Source: Adineta vaga (Eukaryota; Animalia; Rotifera). Taken from it: 64,000 nt of DNA. Below, piece after piece: positions 48,601 to 58,765 of the stretch. The notes under the pieces were generated by a model. The model did not search any database and was not told the origin of the DNA. It saw nothing but the letters and a program-made list of their open reading frames with translations. Every line of letters begins with the position of its first letter. Within the stretch, counting starts at the first letter, position 1. The stretch covers positions 16,058,001 through 16,122,000 of the forward strand of contig CP075495.1 in the NCBI GenBank assembly GCA_021613535.1, in the 5' to 3' direction. The position numbers and the translations under genes were made by a program.

Positions 48601-51600
48601 CTATCTCGATCACCGGTGGAAGAGGCACAAGAAGATAATGATGATAAAATTAGTTATGAAACAAAATCAACACAAACTGAAACATCATCACCTTTGATAA
48701 TAACAGCTATTACACGAGCTCATCCCAGACGGGAAAGAAGCGAAAGATCCATCGAACGATGATCCGAATAAGATCGTTCCGTTCGATATGGATAACTTAA
48801 TGAAACAACAAGAAGAAGATGACATGGTTAAGAGAATTAAAATGAATCTGAAGAAACACAAACAATATATATTCAAGATGGAATATTATTCCGAAAACAA
48901 AATCCACCACTTCCATCAACAGTACCATTCGTTCCGCAAGGGAGGATGCGTGCTGATATTTTAAAAATTTATCATGATACACCTGGTAACGGTGCTCATT
49001 TCGGTCGTGATAAAACGACAAGAAAAATACAAGAACGTTAGTATTGGCCAACAATGTTAGCAGATATTAAAAATCATATAAATTCATGTTTACCATGTGC
49101 ACAGAACAATCATCGTCGTCAAAAACCACCAGGCAAATTACAACCAATACCACCACCCGATGGAATATGGAAGTTACTAAGCATGGACTTTCATAGTCCA
49201 ATAAATCCAACATCACGACGAGACAATCGATACATCAATCATTAACAGACGTCCTATCAAAATTCGTTATAGCAAAAGCAGTGCGTGATTGTTCAGCAAA
49301 AACAACAGTTGATTTCCTTACCAACGATGTTATCTTGAAATATGGAACATCAACATGCATTTTAACTGATAATGGTACTCACTTCACAGCAGAAACAACG
49401 AACAATTTACTCAAGAAACTTGGTGTCACTCATTTATATACAACAGCTTATCATCCACAAACAAATGGACAAATTGAACGTTTTAATGCAACAATGGATG
49501 GGAAAATAGCATCATTATGCAATGATCAACGTACAGATTGGGATGAAATATTACAATTTGTTACATTTAATTACAATATATCTGTACATGCAACAACAAA
49601 ACATACACCATTTGAAATGATGCACGGTCGACAAGCTAGTCTTCCATTCGATCAACAACGAACACTTATTTCACTTACGAACGACACTGAACACGGAGAA
49701 AAACTTCGAAATTACCTTGAAAAACTAACAGATGATGCACGAAAAACATTCAAAAATCTCAGCAACAATATAAGACTCGATATGATCAACATCGACAAGA
49801 ATTATCAATCCAAATTAATGATTTAGTCCTGATTAAAACCAGAAATTTTCGAAACAAATTCGATGTTAGGTACGAAGGTCCATTTCGAATTATCGAACAA
49901 TTAGGAAGAAAAACATTCATTGTACAACATGCGAAGAAAACAACATTAACAAAACAAGTTACGATGGATGTCATCGTTCCACTAGTGGAGCGGTGGAATC
50001 TATGTGATTAAACACATCCCAATAGGGAAAGGTGTGAATCGACTATAATAAGAATTAATCGAATGAAAATGGTCAATTGTACTTATTTGATTAAAATATT
50101 TGAATTTGATTTAGCAGTTCATATCGGGGAGATAGGTTTCCCCTTCTCACTGATAAGATGAGGCTATCAAAGACATATATACATCATAATCATATATGTA
50201 TAAGCGACATCTATTTTTTTCTCTTCATATGAACATTTAATCGATATATCATTGCGATCACGCGCGGACGACATGATACGACGGATGATTCAGATGGACG
50301 AAGTCGATTACCTTACAGGAACACGACACGGTCGAACTCACCCACATCACAGAACAGGAAAGAAAAAGATGTAAACAAGATCATATAGTCATGCCACTTA
50401 CATCTATACGCGTACACGAAGACGCGAACATATATATGTACGAATACATATATAATCGACAGGAAGGAAAGAAAAAGAAAAGAAAAACAGGAATAAAAAA
50501 ACCAGGCCAACGAAAATAGAATAAAGAAAAACCTAACCTTTAACCGAATCTTAGTGCATTTTAGAAACGAAGATGTCTAGACATACATGCAATAACGACA
50601 ACAACTGGAATGAAACTCGAAAACCAACATCGAAAACGCTAGCAAACAGAAGGAAAAATGCTAGAAGGATGGAAAAAAATGAACGATTACGAGAACAATA
50701 TCCTCAATATCGTCCAGCAACAAACGTCAACATCATCCACATCATTGAACAACTGATAGGTCGAGCAAAAGAAACACACCGATATACAATCGACACTGAA
50801 TCACAATCAAGTCATTCTGGTAATATAGGTCCATTGGTCCAAATCGAAATGGTGCATTCATGTAATTATTCAACAGTGTTATTGCTCGAAACTTTCCATT
50901 TTCCAGATGCAAATTCATCTATGATGGACAAAATAAAGCAATTATGGTCAATCATCTTCAACTCCGGCAACACGATCATCATCTGGGGTACAATCAGCAA
51001 TGAATTTAAAGATTTTCATCGATTCGAACGGATGAAGATAGGTAAGATCATACGAAAAAATTTACAAGCTTTATTTCAGGATCATCAAGATGAAGAAATC
51101 ACGCATCTCGAAAGGGAAAGTCGTGAAATGAAAACCAGAGTATCGTATGATATACCTGGTTATGCTGATTATAATGATGATGATGACGAAAATGCAAAGA
51201 AAATCAAATATTCATTAAAACAGCCGTTGAAATGACATTAAAACGATTTATCGACAAATCATTAACACGAAATTCATGGGGTTGTGGTTTGATTGGGAAT
51301 TAGGTACATGGCGATGGAAAACATTTCAAACAAAATATTATGATATGCAATTAGAAAAACAAACTCGATTAGATTTGATAAATTATGCTTCATATGATTG
51401 TACCTCGGTTACCGAAATCTATTCGATTATATATCCCGACGGCACAGCAAATTACTAATCAACAACAAACAACAACATTCATAGATCGAAATTCAACACC
51501 AAAACCACATCGACAAACCATTATTATCAGGATGGCATTTCAGATGTAAGTGATGATGAAATTGAATTATTTGCATCACAAACACAACATTATTAATGAT

Positions 51601-53112
51601 CAAGAACTTGAACTAAATGTTAATCCTGAACCAAATGATGAACAACAAAAAAGAATTAAAACCATTAATAATTATATCGATGATATGGTTAATATTAGTG
51701 AAGATGAATTAATCGAAATTCTCAAACCAAAATTCGATCCAAAACCACAACAACAAACAACCACCATAAGATTAATCAAACAAGAAAAACAAAAGAAAAA
51801 GAACGAAAAGCTCAAATGGAAACGAAAATATCAACCGAATTTCCAAAATTACATTATTCGTCCAATATACAATCGGTAAGATTATATGAAGATCAGAGCT
51901 CAAATGGTGGAAGATAAGATATACACCAGCCACTTCCAAAACATCGATAGAAGAAGGGGTCAGGTGAAAATTGGATTTAGAACAAGTGAAGAAAAAGAAG
52001 AAGCAAAATTAAAAATGAAAATAAATTATTTCTCACGAGAACAATTCTACGCTAGATGGTAAAAAAAAACAAAAACAAACAAACAAATATGTACGGAAAA
52101 ACAAATGGAAAAATTGAATGGAATAGACAACAACAGCGCCAACTACAAATTCTACTAAGTAAAATTTTTCATTAGTAAATACATTTTCTACTTGAAGTGA
52201 CTCATCACATTTACAAGAATATTCACAATCAACAACATCTTACTACAACAATCAGCTCATCAATGTTTAACCTTCATCATCGATAGATATGGTTCACAAT
52301 ATCATCACATCTATTTATCAATCAATCGTACAAATTAACATTAGTACAAATTTAAATGGAAATTAAATATTTTTCATTGACATGAACTAACACATTACAA
52401 ATCAACGATGAATCAAGAATTAATATCATATAAATGATAAACAGAATTAATTCCATATAATATTCCATCGAATTCAACATATTTAACAAATGAAAAGATT
52501 TACACAACCAAATGATTTAACCAATATTCCATGGAAAATCTTGATTACTCAGCTATAATGAAATAAATGGAAGAGTAAATTCGTTTCAATTAAATCATTT
52601 TTTTCCTCATCATCGAAATGTTAATGATAGCTCATCAACAACAATTATTCTTTTGGAGAAGAACTCGGTCTTGATTATAATTCAAATCGTTCAATAGTAT
52701 GGAAATCAAATAAACCATCAGATGGATTTTCAAATTGTACAACAAATGGTTAATCCACGATTATCTTCATTATTTAATATTAAATCATTTCAAACAAATG
52801 TTAAACAGAGAAACAACTGATGGAAATCCAAATAAATAGTTATTAGAATTATTTGAATATTTAACAAAAATTACGTGAAGAAAATTCATTTCTTTATGGT
52901 TTATAAGAAAATATTATTCCGAAGAATTGAGTTTATTTTGGTTTATAAGAGAATGTTCTGATTCCTGTAGTAATCTTATTTTCATTAATTTCAATAATGA
53001 AGATGAAGAGTTATCAAATTATCATTATGTAAACTAATAACTTTTTCATGTTTTTGTCATGGTTCTTTTCCTCACACTGTACCATATTTTGGTGTGCGGA
53101 CAAACCACTTCA
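42630..53112 (+). mobile_element. Mirror copy of the Ty3/Gypsy element (5' LTR 42630-42772, PBS, gag, pol ~46200-50010, ORF3 50573-52062), ending at the gap just before the PPT and 3' LTR
   Basis: Shares the nonsense positions of the left copy and has extra 1-bp deletions and a 29-bp deletion. Confidence 0.93.
43364..45505 (-). mobile_element. Mirror copy of the Ginger2-like element
   Basis: Same termini and same TGA; extra frameshifts near 43815-43840. Confidence 0.85.
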
Positions 53113-53135
53113 NNNNNNNNNNNNNNNNNNNNNNN
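53113..53135. other. Assembly gap (23 N)
   Basis: Run of 23 N. Confidence 1.
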
Positions 53136-53182
53136 ATAGCATGCTAAAACGGAGATATTTTATATCTGCCTTGGGAAATACC

Positions 53183-53525
53183 CAAGGGGAGAAATCTCAT
53201 TGCGGGGGGCATTTCGAATGCCCGAGAATACTTGGAAATGGCTGGGAACGCCAGAGCATGCGCGGGAATGCAAGAGAACGTGTGCGAATGCGCCAGAATA
53301 CCGTGTGTTGGTTTAAAATTCTGCCATTTTTCCTAACATCCATCGAATAATGAAATAGCCAGCTGAGAAGCAATTCCAGGTTTTAATTTTCAATACGCCA
53401 GTTAGAAATAGTTAATGGGTATATACCAACAATCCGGAATGGATAGGAATGCGAGAGAATGTGTGGGAATGCCTGAGAAGGTACGGAAATGCACTGGAAT
53501 GCCAGAATGAGATTTTTCCCTCTTG
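53183..53525. mobile_element. P-type MITE with GAATGC subrepeats
   Basis: CAAGGGGAGAAATCTCATT / AATGAGATTTTTCCCTCTTG. Degenerate 8-bp TSD gaAATACC/ctAATACC. The empty site is visible in the paralogous repeat near 26500. Confidence 0.8.
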
Positions 53526-54612
53526 CTAATACCACAAACCCATTTCAACTTGAAATAGATAGGATGTTTCTCACCAAATATTTGCAGTGGCCATAGTCAA
53601 AACTCAGACTGTACAAATCTGAAAATAACAGCTGTTTCAGAACGAATGGATCTCTGAGTATTTTGATTATTTCTCCTTTATCATTCGTGTGACCAAAGAG
53701 CTTTTTTCATCAAAAGATAGCGCTTGAAATTCTCTACAAAATCGTGAATGATTGAACCATCACATGTTATTAAATATATGCGAAAAAAGATGAAATTAGA
53801 GGCATATAAAAAGGTGTAAAAACAATGGGCTAAACAATTGCATCTCATTTTTCTGCCGTTTGCTTCCTCTTATTAAACATATAGAATATGCCAAAGGATA
53901 GGGTGTGAAAAGCTCTACAGTTCACGAAAAACATTATTTTCAAAAGTTGCAAGAGAAAGATCAGTTTATTTTATTTTGAAAACAAAAACTGCCCTATGAA
54001 ATAAGGGTGAGGGTGTGTAGTTTCTAGAACTTTTCGCAGAGCATCTTGTAGTATAATTTTTTTTATAATTGGGCGAAATAAGTGGCGAAACAGTAGACCA
54101 GAAAGAGCGACTGTTTATTATGCCGAATCAGTTACTCTTCTCACTTTTTGTATGCCTCTAATTTCACATTTTTTCGAACATGTTTAATAATGTTTTAGGA
54201 TTCAATCCAAGGGGGGAAAAGCAGACTTCTGTACTTCTTTGGACTTCTGCATACTTTCATGATATGAATACTGATGATGTGGTATCCATTTGTAATATTT
54301 AAAACGATAAAGCATTTTGAAAAAACAAATAACGCAAAATCACACAAATCAGAACAGTACGCAAATGAATAAAAAAGATTACAAGTCTGTAGAAATAAAT
54401 TGGTTACACTTGCTTTGAAAGATAATATAATCGTTCTTCGTACTTAGCATATAGCTATATAAAACGTAAATAATAAAATAGATGTGAAAGGAAGAACGAC
54501 ATATTATGCGAACTGAAAGTAAAGGCAAGTGCACGTTCCAGACAAAATCTTGTGCGACAAATAGTAAATACAACATAAAAAGGTGCTAATTGAGAAACAA
54601 AGGTTGATTAAT

Positions 54613-55740
54613 TCAACCACGATGTCTTTTCGTCTTTTGAAATGATGATTGAGATGATGGTTGACTGCGTTTACGAATGTTTGTTTGAGATATTGTTGTT
54701 TGAGTATCTAAAGTAAGTGAATCCCTAACCGACAACGAATCAGTTGAAAGATCAGCAGGCACTTGTGGTTCAGCCTTCTGTTCTTGTGATGATACTACCG
54801 AAGCCGATACGACGGAGTTTGACGACGTTAAACCATCTGCTGCTTGTTGAAGTTTCAATTTCTTTCCTTCTCCATATTTTTCCTTCAACTAGTTCATATA
54901 AGTACACCCTTTCGTACGAAGATGTTTTTGATAATTGGACAATTGAAAATTTTCATCTTTCTTCGTCAAAATGATCAGTCGACCACAGTTACATTTTATA
55001 CTAGCTTCGATAACATCGTTTGCACCACGTTTCACATACAGCATGAAATCTTTGCCATCTTTCAAATCGAAAGTTTCAAGATTAAATTCATTTTTATGAT
55101 TTGAACACCAATGTTTCAATAAATTTAATAAATACTTCCGGTGTTCAGAAATTGATATTGATGATGGAACATAAGATGATGGTGTTGATGTTGTTTCTTG
55201 TGGTATCGGCGTTGTAGCTGATTGTTACGAAGCTGAAGCTGCTGTTGGTTGTTGTGATGCTGATGTTACTAATGTCTGTTCTGGTCCTTGTGGCATCGTT
55301 GGTTGCTGAGTTGATATCGTTGTTGTTATAGGCGATGTCAAAATGGACGACGGTGATGTCAGAATATTCACTGAAGAAAATGTTGGTAATTCTGTTCTTA
55401 TATTTCTCGATTGTTTTAATTTGTGGTCGGTTTCTTTTGATAATAATTCGTTTAAACATTTAAAACCGGTTCTTATACCTGGTTTAATGAAACATGAACC
55501 GTCAGACAATATAAAGCACATTTTACGTTTCAGATCATTGACATCAGCGTCATCGATATTCAGATTTAAAACCTCACAAGGATCACTAGATAGAAGAAAA
55601 CATGGAACCGAATTAATTTGTTGAATTTTTAAAAGTAATGCTTGATAAACACCTAAACGTTGCTCAACGAAGCGATAAAAATCGTCATCAACTAATGTTA
55701 ATATATTTCTTGGTAAAGTTTTCGTATCATGAGATACCTT
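54613..55740 (-). pseudogene. Accessory ORF of the P-like element (~370 aa): helical N-terminal domain, S/T/P linker, CxC...H...C putative Zn module, basic tail
   Basis: One frame with two stops (55225, 54889): LPRNILTLVDDDFYRFVEQ...IKPGIRTGF...IKCNCGR...FQLSNYQKHLRTKGC...KTKRHRG*. Confidence 0.7.
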
Positions 55741-56099
55741 TGGAAAAGTGTTAAGAAGTAAATCGATCTACAGTTGATATCATTTGTTCACACATATATG
55801 ACGTCATATGTACTACTGAATTTGTCCGTTCTGCCATGACGTCATATGTTCACTATACAATATCATATGACATCACATGATCACACATGACATCATATGG
55901 AATCTTCTCATATGTTCTTTTCGTTCTGTTCAAACCTATATATATCTTTCATTTCTGCGTTAATAAACGTTGTTCTATATATGATAAGATTTTCTACTAA
56001 ATAACATCCGAAGAAACAATACCTATCTCACAAAAGACATGACTATGAATCCTTTAATGATGTTAATCTATTTTCAAAAGAACGGCTTTTGAACAGCAA

Positions 56100-58500
56100 A
56101 TAGAATATGAACTAAACGAAGATCGAGATCAACTACCAAACGACGATCAAGACCAGAAGTTTCTTGACTTGATAAAAAAGAACTTTTTGTTAAGATCTTT
56201 ATTAACATGGTACAAAGAAAATGAAAAAGGAACAAAGACAGAATCAACATTTTCGGAAAAGTTCATTGATACCATCCTATACAATTTAACAAAATCACCA
56301 AATCACTATCGTTATTCAGAATCGATTCGATAGTTTGCTTTAGCATTGTATATAATGGGTGGGAAAATGACTTATCAATTTGTCAGGATGAATCTACCTT
56401 GTGCTTTGCCTAGTGTTCAAATATTAACAAAATTAATATTAGATAGTGATCGTAAAATAAATGAAGGTGAATTTCGTTTTAATGCTCTAGAAAGTTATTT
56501 TAAACGAATAAATGTTAAATATGCATTCGGGTCTGAAGATTCTACTGGTGTTTTAAGAAAAATAAATTATGATCAACAAACAAACTCTTTTATTGGGTTT
56601 GCCACACCACTTTTTGGTAGTCTACCAATTTCTAAATACTACCGGACAGAATCATTCGATCAGTTAAAATCATGGTTTGAGTCATCAGATAGATCATGAT
56701 TGCTGAATATACATATGATTCAACCATTACCTTCATTAAACCATTCATCTGCTCCACCTGCTTTCTTGTTATCCGGCTATGGTATTGTGAATACTTATAC
56801 ATCAATAGACATATTGCGACGATGGTTATTCATCTTTAACAATTGTTTGGAGAAGAATGTTCGTATTATTGGTTTTTCAACAGGTAAAATTATGTTGTTT
56901 TCATTTGAATTTACTATTGTCAACGTACGGCGTCTTAATTGCCTGTTTATTTAAGATGGAGATGCGAAATATGTACACGCTATGCGCTTAGCAAGTGGTT
57001 TTTTTTGCATCATTACCTCATTTCAATATGGAAGATCATCAAGAATCTTTCAATGTAAAAATCGTTACTCGGTGGTCCTGACTCTTTTTAAGAAGCAAGC
57101 AATTGCTTCTATTTTGTCAAGATCCGGTTCATTTGGTTACAAAATGGAGAAACCGACTATTGTCAAGCACGGCTCAGCTTCGTTTTGGTCGTCAATGCAT
57201 ATCAATGGAACATCTAATTGATATGATCGAAAATAATGATTATTCTAAACTAGATCATGGATTAACACGAACTGATCTCAATCCGAAGGACAAGCAAAAT
57301 TATAAATCGTGTGCGACAATTGCTTCAGATGATATACTTTCTTTATTATTGAATGAAACTGAAACATATGGAACATTTGTTTATTTAGTAATGTTGAAAA
57401 TGATAATACAAACTTATGTTGAGAAATCAACTAGCATTAACGAACGTAGATATCTTTCTTTTATACAAAAACATTCCTTCTTATTTTCTTTCTTTGTAGG
57501 TTTAAAATCAGCTTGGTGTCTTGTGTTTTTGTGTAGGATGTGGTGGACTTGGATCCAGCATAAACAGTTTACAGCAACAGCATCATCATCGACAAAAAGA
57601 AACAGCAAAGAAAAGTTTTTTATTACTAAAACAGTTTATTTGTCTGTTGAAATTAACGCCCACACTTTGCTGTATATAATTTTACTAGTCAAGGAAAAAC
57701 ATTTACCAAAAGAAGCTTTGAATATTTATCTATTCAATTCTCAGTCATGTGAATCAATGTTTCGCAACGCTAGGTCATTAAGTGGTACATTCTCAACGAT
57801 AATTAATTTTACAGTTGCTGATTTTCTGCATCGATCACAGAAGCTTTCGATATTATTAGGAATTAAATGTGATCAATTAACCGGTCAAAATCATAGTAAT
57901 TCTTTATTGTTTCCCATTCATCACAAACACAAACACGATGCTCATCGAGTATCTTTGCAAAAACTAGATGATATTGATCCAATGGATGTGGAAAATATAA
58001 TTTCGGATGCGTTTGAACAGGCTCTTCAATTAACTGAACGGTTAGGAATATCGGAAACGCTGAAGAAATATAATCTTTTTGACATGAACCTGTTAAGCAA
58101 ATATGTATTTCGACAATTTAGTACAAGCTCAAAAATGTTTGATTACTCTACGCAGATAACACACGATGAAGGTAATAATGATGAATTCGATCTTGAAGAT
58201 GAAGAAGATACTGAAGATAATAATAATGAGCTTATCAATGCTGAACAGGATGATGATGATATTTTTGATGATCAAGATAATGCCGATAACAATCTAACTA
58301 GAGTTAAAGACAACTTCACTGGCATGAAGATTTGTGAAAGAATAGAATCCCACCAACAAAATGCATATTTTAAAATAAAAATAAATGGCATTCAAAAGTT
58401 TCTATACAAACAATCAGCCTCTTGGCTTTTGACTGAGAAAAATAGCCACTTATCAAACGACCGACTCTCTCGTGTTATTCAAAGTAGTTACAAAAATTAA
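56100..58500 (+). pseudogene. P-element/THAP9-like transposase core (no THAP domain seen), intron-containing, with stops and a frameshift
   Basis: HYRYS..., YQFVR..LP..LPS, GSEDST, GFSTDGD (across an intron), QDPVHLVTKWRN, LNPKDKQN, NSQSCESMFRNAR. Stops at 56331 and 56697. 5' start is approximate. Confidence 0.8.
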
Positions 58501-58765
58501 ATATATACATTTGTTTACTTCTTGAAATAGAATCTTTTTTTTGAAAGTAAATTTTCTATATATCCAACTACACATCAAAAATTTTTATTTATTTTTAGAT
58601 GCATTTTACTACTTCTTTGGACTTCTTGGTACTTCTCGGTACTTCTGGACTTCTGAAGTCTGAAGTCCTGCTTTTCCCCCCTTGCGTGGATCTCAGATGT
58701 GCATTTTTCTTTTTGAATTAGAATAGAAAAAAATGTATATTTGTATGTCATGACACGAGTTTTGT

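Larger units (their letters stand above)
31156..53112 (-). repeat. Right arm of the giant inverted duplication
   Basis: Reverse complement of 8324-30333. Starts GACAATTTCCCAG at 31156 and ends at the N gap. Confidence 0.97.
54208..58684. mobile_element. P-element-like DNA transposon with two divergent ORFs
   Basis: TIR CAAGGGGGGAAAAGCAG / CTGCTTTTCCCCCCTTG, ACTTCT subterminal repeats at both ends, and a P-type transposase. Confidence 0.85.

Noticed and set aside
8156-53112. One giant element with 22-kb TIRs (Polinton- or Terminon-like)
   Set aside because: No polB, ATPase, capsid or Athena RT. The arms are mosaics of unrelated elements, several with their own TSDs.
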